64,000 nucleotides of DNA from Bacteroidales bacterium (GTDB lineage Bacteria; Bacteroidota; Bacteroidia; Bacteroidales; FEN-979), in the NCBI GenBank assembly GCA_023231065.1, contig JALNWE010000007.1, positions 5,842-69,841 of the forward strand. The letters run 5' to 3'. The first letter of the stretch is position 1; each line of letters starts with the position of its first letter. The notes beneath the pieces are model-generated. The model was not told where the DNA came from and did no database searches. It saw nothing but the letters and a program-made list of their open reading frames with translations. Both the position numbers and the translations under genes were made by a program. Below are positions 37,022 through 47,090 of this stretch, in pieces.

Positions 37022-37807
37022 ATGTCCCTCACAGAAATTATCGTAATCATCGTTGCCGGGATCTTCGTCGGGTTCATCAACACCCTGTCGGGAGGCGGTT
37101 CCGTGATCAGTCTTTCTTTGCTGCTGATCCTTGGTTTGCCTGCTAATATTGCGAACGGCACCAACCGGATCAGTATTTTTTTCCAAACGCTTTCTTCGGT
37201 AGGTAATTTTACCCGCCAGAAAATGTTTGATAACCTGAAACCGGTTTGGCTCGGCATTCCCGCGACGATCGGATCGGTTTTAGGGGCTTACCTGGCAGTA
37301 GATGTCAACACAAAAGTGATCGAAATCGCGATGGCCGTAGCCATGGTGATCATGCTTTTCTTTTTATTTTACAAACCCGACAAATGGCTGAAAGAAAATC
37401 CATCGATGTTGCAGGGTTCCCTGAAATGGTGGCAAATGTTGATTTTCTTTATAGTCGGATTTTATGGGGGATTTATCCAGGTTGGCGTTGGTTATTTTTT
37501 ACTGATGTCGCTTGTCCTTGGTGTGGGTTATGACCTGGTGAAAGCCAATGCCGTCAAAAACCTGATCGTTTTCTTCTATGCCATCTTCGCATTGCTGGTT
37601 TTTATCATTGACGGGAAAGTAAATTACCTATATGGACTGATCCTGTCAGCCGGGAGCATCATCGGCGCCCTGATCGCTTCTTACCTGGCCGTTAAGAAAG
37701 GAGCCGGATTTATCCGGGCTGTCATCGTCCTTTCAGTGGTCCTGACTATACTACAGGTCACCGGATTGGTGAACTTTACCGCTTTGTATCATAACCTGTT
37801 AAAATAA
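37022..37807 (+). CDS. Sulfite exporter TauE/SafE family membrane protein
   Basis: 261 aa, 7-8 TM. GFINTLSGGGSVISL...ANGTNR pattern of TauE/SafE. Confidence 0.85.
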   Translation: MSLTEIIVIIVAGIFVGFINTLSGGGSVISLSLLLILGLPANIANGTNRISIFFQTLSSVGNFTRQKMFDNLKPVWLGIPATIGSVLGAYLAVDVNTKVIEIAMAVAMVIMLFFLFYKPDKWLKENPSMLQGSLKWWQMLIFFIVGFYGGFIQVGVGYFLLMSLVLGVGYDLVKANAVKNLIVFFYAIFALLVFIIDGKVNYLYGLILSAGSIIGALIASYLAVKKGAGFIRAVIVLSVVLTILQVTGLVNFTALYHNLLK

Positions 37808-37826
37808 AAAGTAATAAAAAAGGAAT

Positions 37827-38336
37827 CTATTGCAAGTCGTATTCCTGGATCTCCTCGCTCACATATTCCAGGCTGATACCGGCTTGTTTGAACATTTCCT
37901 CCGAGGCCGCCCCGTCGTGGTATTTTTTTTCACATACTACCCTCACGATCCCGCAATTGATGATGAGCATGGCGCAGGTCCTGCAAGGTGTCATACGACA
38001 ATAAAGAGTCGCGCCTTCAAGAGAGATCCCGAGGCGGGCTGCCTGGCAGATGGCATTTTGTTCCGCGTGCACGGTACGCACGCAGTGTTGGGTTATTCGG
38101 TCATCCTCATGTAACACTTTCTTCATCAGATGGCCCACATCATCACAATGGGGTAGCCCTCGCGGCGACCCTACATATCCGGTGACAAGAATCTGTTTGT
38201 CGCGGGCAATGACACACCCGCTGCGTCCCCGGTCACAGGTCGCCCTCTTTGCGACAGTTGCCGCCACTTCCATGAAATATTCATCCCAGGTTGGCCTTCT
38301 GTTTTTATCCTTTTCCATAGGTCCCGGTTTTTCCAC
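37827..38336 (-). CDS. Deoxycytidylate (dCMP) deaminase
   Basis: 169 aa. Zinc motifs HAEQNAI and PCRTCA. WDEYFM start typical of dCMP deaminase / ComEB. Confidence 0.9.
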   Translation of the reverse strand: MEKPGPMEKDKNRRPTWDEYFMEVAATVAKRATCDRGRSGCVIARDKQILVTGYVGSPRGLPHCDDVGHLMKKVLHEDDRITQHCVRTVHAEQNAICQAARLGISLEGATLYCRMTPCRTCAMLIINCGIVRVVCEKKYHDGAASEEMFKQAGISLEYVSEEIQEYDLQ

Positions 38337-38376
38337 TAATTTCTTTCACAAAGATACTGTTTTGTAAAGAAAATGC

Positions 38377-38384
38377 TACTTTTG
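38377..38384 (+). promoter_or_regulatory. -7 promoter box TACTTTTG (M6 protease)
   Basis: Exact match, 26 nt upstream of ATG 38411. Confidence 0.5.
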
Positions 38385-38410
38385 CCTGTAATTAAAAAAC
38401 TGAATAACAG

Positions 38411-40993
38411 ATGAAAATAAAATCCGGATTATTTTTTGTTTTATTGGCGTTCATGACCCTGACTTCAAGCGCCGCCTGGTTCAGTTATCTTCCTTATCAG
38501 GTAACTCAACAAAATGGCACAGTGATCAACTGTTTTGTTTCAGGAGATGAATTTTTTAACTGGCTTCATGATAAAGATGGATATACCATCATCCAGGCTG
38601 ATGACGGAAATTTTTATTATGGCGAGAAGGCAGGAGATATGGTCCGGCCAACAAAATATCTGGTAGGTGAAGCCGACCCGGCACAAACTACCCTGAAAAA
38701 GTGGGCAAAGATCTCACCTTCGGCATATCAGAAGCGACGCGATTTCTATACCAGGGATGTTGACCAGTCGGTAAGGGCGCCTCACACAGGAACTATGAAT
38801 AATCTTATCGTCTATATCCGTTTCAGTGATGATACGGAATTCACCATTACCCGGCAGACTTATGATGACCTGTTCAACCCGGAAACAGGAAATACCCTGA
38901 AATCCTATTATTCCGATGTTTCATACAGCGCTTTTACCATCAGCAGTACCCATTATCCTGCCTGTGATATGACCGTTAACCTGTCCTATCGGGATTCGCA
39001 CAACCGGGGATACTTCCAGCCTTATAATGCCACTACGAACCCGGGTGGTTATAATGGTGATGAACAAAGGAGAACGCGGGAACATACTTTGCTCAAGGAT
39101 GCCATAACCTGGATCAATGCCAATTCACCGGTACCAGGGGATCTCAATATCGATGGGGACAATGACGGGAAAGTGGATAACGTTTGTTTTATTATCCGCG
39201 GGAATAATGGCGCCTGGGCCGACCTGCTTTGGGCACATCGTTGGACGCTTTATTCGAATTATGTTTATATAAACGGTAAACGGGTGTATGATTACACTTT
39301 TCAACCGGAGACCCAGGTCGAAGTAAATACTTTGTGCCATGAAATGTTCCATGCTTTGGGTGCGCCTGACCTTTACCATTACACCGATAACGGGATCTCC
39401 CCTGTCGGTAACTGGGACCTGATGGAAAGCGGGAGCGGTCACATGGGCGCCTATATGAAATGGAAATATACCAACAATGCCTGGATTACAGATATCCCAC
39501 AAATAACTACCTCCGGTGTTTACACATTACATCCGTTGAGGACTCCTTCAAATAATTGTTATAAGATTGCTTCTCCCTTTTCGGCTACACAGTTTTTCAT
39601 TGTTGAATACCGGAAAAAACAGGGAACCTTCGAGGGGACCCTTCCGGGTTCCGGGTTATTGGTCTATCGCATCGATACCCTGGAGGGCAATGCAGGCGGA
39701 CCTCCCGATGAAGTTTATCTTTTCAGGCCCGGAGGTACCCTCACTGAAAATGGCTCGCCAAATCTGGCTTATTTTTCAGCTGAATCAAGCAGGACTGAAA
39801 TGAATGAAAATACCGACCCGGCTTCTTTTCTCCAGGATGGCGCCCCGGGTGGCTTGATTTTTATGAATGTAACATCGGCCGACACGACCATCTCTTTTAC
39901 GGTTAATGTGACCAATATCAAGGATCCTGGCAACTTCAGGGCAACAGCCATCAGTACTTCACAAATTCAGTTAAGCTGGCAAAACAATTCCGGCATCGAC
40001 CACATCATGATCGCGTATAACACGGTCCCTGATTTTGGCACGCCTGTAAACGGAATGTCCTATATGCCGGGTGATACCATTCCGGGTGGGGCCATGGTCC
40101 TTTATTCCGGTACCGGCGATACCCTTTTTTATCATCAGGGCTTATCAACCAATACCCGTTATTACTATAAAACCTGGTCGGCTATTACAGGAAATGTATA
40201 CTCGTTTGGGGTCGCTGCAGATGCTTTCACTTTATGCGATGCCGTTGCCGACCTGCCATTTGCCGAAGGTTTTGAGAATTCGGCTGAAATGCCTGTTTGC
40301 TGGAGTCAGGAAAATTCTGATCCGGCCTGGCTTTTTTGTAAGGGAAACGGCGCCGGCGCTGGTGGAGGTTTTCCCGAGGAGGCCCATACCGGGATACGGA
40401 ACGCATGTCTGAAAGATATATCTACTGCTCCAAACAAAAATATGCTGATCCTTCCCACGATGGATCTGACCAACTACTGGAATGTGGAGTTACGGTTCTG
40501 GCTATTTATGCAACGATGGGGGACCCGGCAGGATGAACTGACGGTATTTTATCGTACCTCGCCCATCGATCCCTGGATCTCATTACAAAGTTTTACCCAA
40601 TCCATCACTTCCTGGACCGAGGAAGTGATCACCCTGCCCGTTATATCCAGCCAGATTCAGTTTGCCTTTGAAGGGAATGCAAAATTTGGTTTCGGCGTTT
40701 GTATTGATGATGTCCTGATCGATGGTAACATCGTTCCGGTCGAAGAAAAGGTTCAGAATGGCATCCGGATCTCGCCGAATCCCGTCAGGGATCAGTTCAG
40801 GATTACTGGCAATGATGAGATCATAAGGGAAATAACCCTTTATGATTGCACCGGAAAAATATTCACGGTCCTCAGTGGCGATGGGGAAAAGGAATTTTCT
40901 GTTGATCTTTCTACCGCTGTAAAAGGGCTTTATTTTGTAAAGATCAAGACGGATAAAGAAATACTCATCCGTAAGATCACCCTTGTAAATTGA
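38411..40993 (+). CDS. M6-family (immune inhibitor A-like) metalloprotease with Fn3, MAM/choice-of-anchor-J-like domain and T9SS CTD
   Basis: 860 aa. Signal peptide. HExxH as HEMFHALGAPDLYH. Fn3 (LSWQNN...YYYKTWS). LPFAEGFEN....CW module. CTD ISPNPVRDQFRI...GLYFVKIKTD. Confidence 0.8.
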   Translation: MKIKSGLFFVLLAFMTLTSSAAWFSYLPYQVTQQNGTVINCFVSGDEFFNWLHDKDGYTIIQADDGNFYYGEKAGDMVRPTKYLVGEADPAQTTLKKWAKISPSAYQKRRDFYTRDVDQSVRAPHTGTMNNLIVYIRFSDDTEFTITRQTYDDLFNPETGNTLKSYYSDVSYSAFTISSTHYPACDMTVNLSYRDSHNRGYFQPYNATTNPGGYNGDEQRRTREHTLLKDAITWINANSPVPGDLNIDGDNDGKVDNVCFIIRGNNGAWADLLWAHRWTLYSNYVYINGKRVYDYTFQPETQVEVNTLCHEMFHALGAPDLYHYTDNGISPVGNWDLMESGSGHMGAYMKWKYTNNAWITDIPQITTSGVYTLHPLRTPSNNCYKIASPFSATQFFIVEYRKKQGTFEGTLPGSGLLVYRIDTLEGNAGGPPDEVYLFRPGGTLTENGSPNLAYFSAESSRTEMNENTDPASFLQDGAPGGLIFMNVTSADTTISFTVNVTNIKDPGNFRATAISTSQIQLSWQNNSGIDHIMIAYNTVPDFGTPVNGMSYMPGDTIPGGAMVLYSGTGDTLFYHQGLSTNTRYYYKTWSAITGNVYSFGVAADAFTLCDAVADLPFAEGFENSAEMPVCWSQENSDPAWLFCKGNGAGAGGGFPEEAHTGIRNACLKDISTAPNKNMLILPTMDLTNYWNVELRFWLFMQRWGTRQDELTVFYRTSPIDPWISLQSFTQSITSWTEEVITLPVISSQIQFAFEGNAKFGFGVCIDDVLIDGNIVPVEEKVQNGIRISPNPVRDQFRITGNDEIIREITLYDCTGKIFTVLSGDGEKEFSVDLSTAVKGLYFVKIKTDKEILIRKITLVN

Positions 40994-41540
40994 TTTGAGC
41001 AAGCGCTTCCTCAACCTGTCGGTAAAGGTCTTCTTTCGTCCGGTTGTTGGAAAGAATAAAATCGGCTAATTGTTTACATCCGGCAAGATTTTGCTTGTTG
41101 GGATCGGTTGTTTTCATCTCGCGTTGTTCTTCCTCTAAAAAAGTTTCGAAGGAAACATAATCGGTTTCTGATTTCCTGAGTTGTACCCGTTGATAACGGA
41201 TCTCGGGGATTGCATCCACGGCGAAGAGGTAAAAATTTCCTTTTTCCTTCAGTGATGTCACCTCTCCCGTGGTGCGGATACTTTCAATAACACAAGGCTG
41301 ACCATTCCTCTCAGCCAGGAGGTATAACTGATCAGTCACGTAGGAGGGCCCATGCTCCGCCCGCAATTCATTGGCAAGGCTGAACATACTGTCCCTGTTT
41401 TCAGGCATTTTTCTTTGCCTTATTATTTCCAGGAGATAGGCCCTGACGGAATAGTGGTGAAAGCCTTTTTGCCTGATAAGGTATTCCACTACTGTTCCTT
41501 TTCCCGCTCCCAGCGTACCCGTAATACCTATTATCAGCAT
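40977..41540 (-). CDS. P-loop nucleotide kinase-like protein (dephospho-CoA kinase / dNMP kinase-like)
   Basis: 187 aa. Walker A GITGTLGAGKGT at the N-terminus. Substrate not assignable. Its 3-prime end overlaps the convergent protease gene by 17 nt. Confidence 0.6.
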   Translation of the reverse strand: MLIIGITGTLGAGKGTVVEYLIRQKGFHHYSVRAYLLEIIRQRKMPENRDSMFSLANELRAEHGPSYVTDQLYLLAERNGQPCVIESIRTTGEVTSLKEKGNFYLFAVDAIPEIRYQRVQLRKSETDYVSFETFLEEEQREMKTTDPNKQNLAGCKQLADFILSNNRTKEDLYRQVEEALAQINLQG

Positions 41541-41546
41541 CTTTAT

Positions 41547-42140
41547 TTATATTTTTCCAGCCTTCAGGCGTTCGATCCACTTTTCAGCAATGACCGGTTT
41601 AAACGCTTCCAATTTTTCAAGGAGATCCTCCGGGTTTTCTGAGACCTGAAGAATGTTCCGGTGTTCAGTCCGGAGAAACCTCGCTGCTACTGCATGGTCA
41701 AGCATAGAGAGGAGGGAGGTGTAAAAGCCTTCAATGTTCAGCAATCCGATCGGCTTATGGATAATCCCTAATTGATTCCAGGTCAGGACTTCGAAAAGTT
41801 CGTCCAGTGTCCCATAGGCGCCGGGAAGGGCAATAAAAGCATCTGAAAGGTCGGCCATCAGGGCCTTCCGCTCCTGCATATCAGCGACAATATGCATCTC
41901 GGTCAAATTTTTATGGGCCACCTCCTTTTCCACAAGCGATTGTGGCATAACGCCAATGACCCTTCCCCCGGCATTTAAAAGCGTATCGGCAAGGACTTGC
42001 ATCAATCCCACATTGGCGCCCCCATACACCAAAGAAATTTGCTTCTTCATCAGAATTTCTGCCAGCTGACGGGCGTTATCGGCAAAAACCGGCAGGTCAC
42101 CAATACTGGAACCACAAAAAACGCATAAAGTTTTAATCAT
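41547..42140 (-). CDS. LOG family (TIGR00730) nucleotide phosphoribohydrolase
   Basis: Start moved to the internal ATG at 42140 (MIKTLCVFCGSS). Motifs VYGGANVGLMQ and PGAYGTLDELFE. This start sits in ATGATTAA, an 8-nt overlap with the end of the upstream gene (stop TAA 42133-42135). Confidence 0.85.
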   Translation of the reverse strand: MIKTLCVFCGSSIGDLPVFADNARQLAEILMKKQISLVYGGANVGLMQVLADTLLNAGGRVIGVMPQSLVEKEVAHKNLTEMHIVADMQERKALMADLSDAFIALPGAYGTLDELFEVLTWNQLGIIHKPIGLLNIEGFYTSLLSMLDHAVAARFLRTEHRNILQVSENPEDLLEKLEAFKPVIAEKWIERLKAGKI

Positions 42141-43284
42141 TGGAAAGATCCTGGATGATTCCATAAAACATTTTAATCCCGGTCTCAATGATCTCATCCG
42201 GGAAGTCATAATACCAGGTATGCAGATCGGAATGGTTCTCTCCTGCCCCAAGCCCAAACATCGCTCCCGGATACCGGTTCATGAATTGTCCGAAATCTTC
42301 TGACCATCTGAAAGGTTCCTTCAATTCAATCAAGGTAAAATGATGCCGTTCTGCTACTTTCCGGATGGCCCCAACGACAAAAGGATTGTTGCAGGATGCG
42401 TCGAAAGGCTCGAACCGTTTGAAATGATCTTCAAGATAATAGTGGGAAGCCGTTTTTGCGACCATTTTGGTTATCTCTTTGTGTAAGCGTTCCAGATCGG
42501 GGCCCTCTTCAGCCCTGAGTGTTACTGCAAACTCTGCATTCCCGGGAACTGTCCCGAATCCAAATCTTCCGGCTTTGGCATACGTGACCGCTAATTGGAC
42601 GAAATGTTTATATATCTTTTTTCTGGAGATTAAAAGAGGCAGCTTTTCCACTAATTCGATCATCGCAGGAACAGGGGAGATCCCCTGTTCAGGATAAGCT
42701 GCATGGGCAGCATGCCCCCTGAGTGTGATCAAAATTCCCTCCGAAGCCATGGCAAAAGTGTTATCTTTTACCAGAATTGAATGCCGGGGATACCCGGGAA
42801 TGTTATGAAGCGCAAAACAGTAATCGGGCTGTAAAGATTTGAATTTCGGATCGGCAAGGACCATACGCGCTCCCTTGCCAGTCTCTTCTGCTGGCTGAAA
42901 CAGGAGGATCACCCGTCCATGATGTATGGGATGCTGCTGTAATAAAAAAGCCAGCCCGCAAAGGATGGCCATGTGCCCGTCATGGCCACATTTATGGGAT
43001 AACGACTTTTTTACTGAAGTATAAGGAGTTTCAATATCTTCCTCTATGGGCAAAGCATCCATATCGGCGCGGAACATCAATGTTTTTCCGGGGTTGCCAC
43101 TCTCATATATCAAAGCAAGTCCGGTTTTTCCCAACTTTTCAACGATACCGGAAGGTTCAAACTGCAAACAAAACCGTTTGACCAACTGGGAGGTGAAATG
43201 TTCATTTCCGGAATTTTCAGCATTATGGTGTAACTCTTTCCGCAGCGATATCAATTCGGGGATAAAGTCATTTATGAGTTTCAT
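42133..43284 (-). CDS. M20D family amidohydrolase (N-acyl-amino-acid amidohydrolase-like)
   Basis: FRADMDALP, CGHDGH and FQPAEE metal-binding motifs. ATG at 43284 preferred over 43329, because a TAACTTTG box (43327-43334) would otherwise lie on the start codon. Confidence 0.85.
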   Translation of the reverse strand: MKLINDFIPELISLRKELHHNAENSGNEHFTSQLVKRFCLQFEPSGIVEKLGKTGLALIYESGNPGKTLMFRADMDALPIEEDIETPYTSVKKSLSHKCGHDGHMAILCGLAFLLQQHPIHHGRVILLFQPAEETGKGARMVLADPKFKSLQPDYCFALHNIPGYPRHSILVKDNTFAMASEGILITLRGHAAHAAYPEQGISPVPAMIELVEKLPLLISRKKIYKHFVQLAVTYAKAGRFGFGTVPGNAEFAVTLRAEEGPDLERLHKEITKMVAKTASHYYLEDHFKRFEPFDASCNNPFVVGAIRKVAERHHFTLIELKEPFRWSEDFGQFMNRYPGAMFGLGAGENHSDLHTWYYDFPDEIIETGIKMFYGIIQDLSND

Positions 43285-43326
43285 AAACACAGGGAAATTC
43301 AGTAATTTTGTACGTGTACTACTTTT

Positions 43327-43334
43327 CAAAGTTA
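43327..43334 (-). promoter_or_regulatory. -7 promoter box TAACTTTG (M20D amidohydrolase 1)
   Basis: Minus-strand match, 42 nt upstream of ATG 43284. Confidence 0.45.
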
Positions 43335-43464
43335 TAAAATAATTATTGAGCCGGATCCAAAAACTGAAATCTTTACTTTTACCACTTATTTAATATTTGG
43401 TCCCTTTGCGTATTAGTCGTAAAAAATATTTTCGGGGCGGATCCCTTAATTGAATGTTTAAATT

Positions 43465-44439
43465 ATGTTGTATCCACTGAAGTTCAAGCCGATTTATAAA
43501 GATAAAATCTGGGGTGGGGAAAAGATAAGGACCAACCTTGGTTTGGATTTTTCCCCTCTTACAAACTGTGGCGAACTTTGGGCGCTTTCCGGAGTCCCGG
43601 GATGCCAATCAGAAATAGTCAATGGATTTTTAGCCGGAAATGAACTGAACGAAATCCTTGAAATCTATATGGATGAACTGGTGGGTGAAAGCGTTTTTGA
43701 AAAGCATAAAACTGAATTTCCGCTTCTGATCAAAATAATTGACGCTAACGATTATCTCTCAATCCAGGTCCATCCTGATGACGCTTTAGCCAGAATACGA
43801 AAACTGGAAAACGGGAAAACGGAAATGTGGTATATTCTGGATGCAGCGCCCGGGGCTGAACTGATTACCGGTTTCAACCAGGAGGTAAGCAGGGATATGT
43901 ACCTGGAGCGTCTTAAAGAAAAAAGATTAAAGGAAATTCTAAATACCGAGAAGGTTTCAAAAGGTGACCTGTTTTTTATTCCGGCAGGCAGGGTCCACGC
44001 TTTGGGCCCCGGAATCCTGTTAGCGGAGATTCAGCAAACCGCTGATACGACCTATCGGATTTATGATTGGGACCGGCTCGACAGCCTGGGTAAATCCCGA
44101 GAACTCCATACGGATTTAGCCCTGGAAGCTATTGATTTTAAGGTCTATGATTCATACCGTACCCCTTACCGCGAAATCCCGAACCAGTCCGCTCCCCTGG
44201 TGAATTGTCCTTATTTTACAACCAACCTCCTGTCGGTAAACGTTCCGGTTGAAAAGGATTATTCCGATCTGGACTCATTCGTCATCTATTTATGTATTGG
44301 TGGGAAAGCAGGGATCGCTACTGCTACCGATTGTGTCAGCATCGGGCCAGGTGAAGCCTTGTTATTGCCCGCGGTCATGGAAAATATAACCCTGAAACCG
44401 GATCCCGTATGCAAAATCCTGGAAATTTATGTTTCCTGA
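43465..44439 (+). CDS. manA: Type I phosphomannose isomerase (mannose-6-phosphate isomerase)
   Basis: 324 aa. LYPLKFKPIYKDKIWGG, LSIQVHPDD, KTEMWYIL and PAGRVHALG are class I PMI cupin motifs. Confidence 0.85.
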   Translation: MLYPLKFKPIYKDKIWGGEKIRTNLGLDFSPLTNCGELWALSGVPGCQSEIVNGFLAGNELNEILEIYMDELVGESVFEKHKTEFPLLIKIIDANDYLSIQVHPDDALARIRKLENGKTEMWYILDAAPGAELITGFNQEVSRDMYLERLKEKRLKEILNTEKVSKGDLFFIPAGRVHALGPGILLAEIQQTADTTYRIYDWDRLDSLGKSRELHTDLALEAIDFKVYDSYRTPYREIPNQSAPLVNCPYFTTNLLSVNVPVEKDYSDLDSFVIYLCIGGKAGIATATDCVSIGPGEALLLPAVMENITLKPDPVCKILEIYVS

Positions 44440-44475
44440 AAATTGAAGATAACAACCATTTCCCAGAGGGCATGA

Positions 44476-45711
44476 TCAATCCAGTTTGACCATTCCAAGG
44501 TTTATTTTACGGATGTTATAAACAGGGTACCATGCCGCAAGGCAACCAACGAATAAAACGGTTGAAAGGACAATGAAGAAATCCGAAACCTGCATGTGTA
44601 CCGGATAAGCGCTTACCACGAAACTACTGTCGGCGTCGCCCAGGGCAATGATCCCAAAACGGATCTGGACCCAGCATAAAAGGGCCCCAAGGGCCAGACC
44701 GGCAATAGCGCCAATCAATGAGGTGAGAATTCCCTCCATGAAAAAAATACGCCGGATTATTTGCTGGTTACACCCCATACTGCGGAGTACGGTAATATCT
44801 TTCCTTTTATCCAGGATCAGCATGGATAATGACCCGATCACATTGAAAGTAGCCATGAAAAGGATAAAAGCGAGGATGAGAAAAATGTACAATTTTTCCG
44901 ATCGCATTATTTTATAAAGGATCTCCTGCTGTTGAAAACGGTTCTTGACGGTATAGCCATTTCCTAAGAGATCCTTGATCTTTCCCTGGACCTTTTCCTG
45001 ATCTGCTTTCTTTGCCAATCCCAATTCCAGTGAAGTCCGTTCGTTTTTATAATCCAGCAGCTCTTTTACGAACCGCAGGGGAAGGAGTACATATTTTACA
45101 TCATAATCCTGCTGGATAGAGAAAAAACCGGAAGGGAAAACCACCCCTGAATTAAAGGCAGTTTCAAACCCTCCCGCGAAGGAGACGTCCCGGCGGGGAA
45201 CATAAACCACAAGCGGATTCAGATAATCCTGCAGGTTTGCCCCCAGGGTGGCAGCAATTCCATACCCCGGCACTGCGAAATCCTGGCCCTTATCCTGCAG
45301 GATGAATTTCCCTTCCGACATCATGGTGTCAATCCCGGTTATATGTATGAAGTCTTCACTTACACCCTTGATCGTGACAATTGTCTGTTTGTCCTTGTAT
45401 TTGACCAGGGCATCCTCCTCTATAACTTCGGAAAGATAGGCCACCCCTGGAATTTTTTTCAATTGCCCGATGGGGATCGCGCTGATATCGAAAGTCTTAC
45501 CCTTAACCGCAGTAACCTGTATGTCAGGGTTGAAAGAACTGAAAAGCGAAATAACCAGTTTCTCAAACCCGTTGAATACCGAAAGCACAATGATCAGCGC
45601 CATGGTCCCGATGGCCACGCCAGTAATGGAAATCGCGGAAATAATGTTGATGATATTGTGCGATTTTTTAGAAATCAGGTACCGGCGGGCTATATAAAAA
45701 GGAAAATTCAA
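44476..45711 (-). CDS. FtsX-like ABC transporter permease (LolC/E-like)
   Basis: 411 aa. N-terminus (M)NFPFYIARRYLISKK, MacB-like periplasmic domain, C-terminal FtsX 3-TM unit. TTG start at 45711 is the first start codon after an in-frame stop. Confidence 0.85.
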   Translation of the reverse strand: MNFPFYIARRYLISKKSHNIINIISAISITGVAIGTMALIIVLSVFNGFEKLVISLFSSFNPDIQVTAVKGKTFDISAIPIGQLKKIPGVAYLSEVIEEDALVKYKDKQTIVTIKGVSEDFIHITGIDTMMSEGKFILQDKGQDFAVPGYGIAATLGANLQDYLNPLVVYVPRRDVSFAGGFETAFNSGVVFPSGFFSIQQDYDVKYVLLPLRFVKELLDYKNERTSLELGLAKKADQEKVQGKIKDLLGNGYTVKNRFQQQEILYKIMRSEKLYIFLILAFILFMATFNVIGSLSMLILDKRKDITVLRSMGCNQQIIRRIFFMEGILTSLIGAIAGLALGALLCWVQIRFGIIALGDADSSFVVSAYPVHMQVSDFFIVLSTVLFVGCLAAWYPVYNIRKINLGMVKLD

Positions 45712-45742
45712 AGTATAAAAATCAAAAATAAAACTATGTTAT

Positions 45743-46561
45743 TCATTTCCATGCTTTTACAATTAAACCGGTTCCTGATTGATGGGGGCTCCTCATATCC
45801 AGCCAGTTGTATATTAAAGCCACAGGCCACGCCAGGATGTAATAAAAAGGGAGAAGCAGAAAAAACATCCTGGAAGTATTCAGCATCAGGATGGGATATT
45901 TCATTGAAAGCCGCCAACCAGTCTTGCCTTGCGGACCATAGGAGTAAGAAGCTTCCGTCCTTCTGAATCCCGCTCTTTTCAACTTCTCACAAATTTCATT
46001 GATGTTGTACCCATCGCGGACATGTTCATCAATGAACGAAGTTGTTTCATGATCATGGACGTCGGACCCCCCCTGGTCAGAAGGAGTTGAGATCAGCAGC
46101 ATGCCTTGCTGTGTAAGGGAATCATAAAAATTACGGAAAACTTTTTCATCATCGGCAATATGTTCCATGACATCCACCGATAAAATCAGGTCAAATTTAT
46201 CCGGATAGTTAAAGGTAGTGAGGTCCGCTTTTTCAAAAAGGACATTCCCGCGGTTGATCTTCGAAAAAAAAGCGGTGCAATCCGCAATTTGTTCTTCTTT
46301 TACATCCACAGCATTGGTGAACCAAAACGGGTTAAGCCCCGACAAAAAATAGGTATATTGCCCAAAACCTGATCCGGCATCCAACATGGCCCTCCGGCGA
46401 TCGTTCCGAACCTTAGGATCGCCGGCCCATGTTTTGATCTCCCGACGCACATACCAAGCCCGTAAGAGCAATATATCAAGTAACTTGTAAAATAATATTC
46501 TCAATTTAGGAGTCCGGTTGAAAACCGTTCCCAACGACTTTTTTATCGGATCGTATTGCAT
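45743..46561 (-). CDS. Class I SAM-dependent methyltransferase
   Basis: 272 aa. Motif I MLDAGSGFGQY and DLILSVDVMEHI (methyltransferase type 11/12-like). Confidence 0.8.
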   Translation of the reverse strand: MQYDPIKKSLGTVFNRTPKLRILFYKLLDILLLRAWYVRREIKTWAGDPKVRNDRRRAMLDAGSGFGQYTYFLSGLNPFWFTNAVDVKEEQIADCTAFFSKINRGNVLFEKADLTTFNYPDKFDLILSVDVMEHIADDEKVFRNFYDSLTQQGMLLISTPSDQGGSDVHDHETTSFIDEHVRDGYNINEICEKLKRAGFRRTEASYSYGPQGKTGWRLSMKYPILMLNTSRMFFLLLPFYYILAWPVALIYNWLDMRSPHQSGTGLIVKAWK

Positions 46562-46568
46562 GGGGCCG

Positions 46569-46596
46569 ATTCAAAATTTGAAACTCGAAATTCAAC
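46569..46596. repeat. AT-rich heptad array (ATTCAAA ATTTGAA ACTCGAA ATTCAAC)
   Basis: Direct reading. Spans the rbfA stop codon (46592-46594). Shares the unit ATTCAAA with 60702-60729. Confidence 0.7.
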
Positions 46597-46933
46597 CATC
46601 TTTTAGCAACTGCTCAATGTTGTCGATGTAATCCAGGGAGTCGTCCAGATAAAACTGCAAATCAGGCATGATCCTTAACTGGGCATGGACCTGCTGTGCC
46701 AGCTGGTGACGTATCTCCCTTGTATGTTGCCGGATCTTATCAAGCAAAGCCTTTTTATCTTTGGTCCCAAACAAACTGAGATTTACCTTGGCAATGGCCA
46801 GGTCTTTCGTGATCTGAACCTTGGTTACCGTGATCATTGTCCCTTCAAAGAGGTTCCGGCTTTCCTTTTGAAAAATTACGCCCAGTTCCTTCTGGACGAG
46901 GCGTGAAATTTTTTGCTGTCGGGTTGATTCCAT
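46592..46933 (-). CDS. rbfA: Ribosome-binding factor A
   Basis: Start at the internal ATG (MESTRQQKISRLVQKEL...VTKVQITKDLAIAKV). Canonical RbfA pattern. Confidence 0.9.
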   Translation of the reverse strand: MESTRQQKISRLVQKELGVIFQKESRNLFEGTMITVTKVQITKDLAIAKVNLSLFGTKDKKALLDKIRQHTREIRHQLAQQVHAQLRIMPDLQFYLDDSLDYIDNIEQLLKDG

Positions 46934-46965
46934 AATACAAAAGTACAAATAAAAACACAGAAAAT

Positions 46966-47036
46966 GCAGAGGGATGGAGGAGATAGGCGATAAAAGATAA
47001 GAGATGGGGGATAGGAGATGAGAGATGGGGGATGAA
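46966..47036 (+). repeat. Purine-rich 7-bp periodic array (ATAGGCG ATAAAAG ATAAGAG ATGGGGG ATAGGAG ATGAGAG ATGGGGG ...)
   Basis: Direct reading. GAGATGGGGGAT occurs twice (47001-47012, 47022-47033), 21 nt apart. Confidence 0.85.
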
Positions 47037-47045
47037 ATTTAAAAT

Positions 47046-47087
47046 AGTCAATTGTCAATTGTCAATTGTCAATAGTCAATTGTAAAC
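47046..47087 (+). repeat. Heptanucleotide tandem array, 5 units WGTCAAT + 1 degenerate (TGTAAAC)
   Basis: Direct reading: agtcaat tgtcaat tgtcaat tgtcaat agtcaat tgtaaac. Ends 3 nt before the TATCTTTG box of the ABC exporter gene. Confidence 0.95.
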
Positions 47088-47090
47088 ATA

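Noticed and set aside
41547-42257. Longer 236-aa version of the LOG-family ORF (and long N-terminal versions of rbfA, rsmA, rplU, the 33776 lipoprotein and the 49924 amidohydrolase)
   Set aside because: The N-terminal extensions overlap upstream genes or promoter boxes and are unlike the conserved family N-termini. Internal ATGs give canonical starts.
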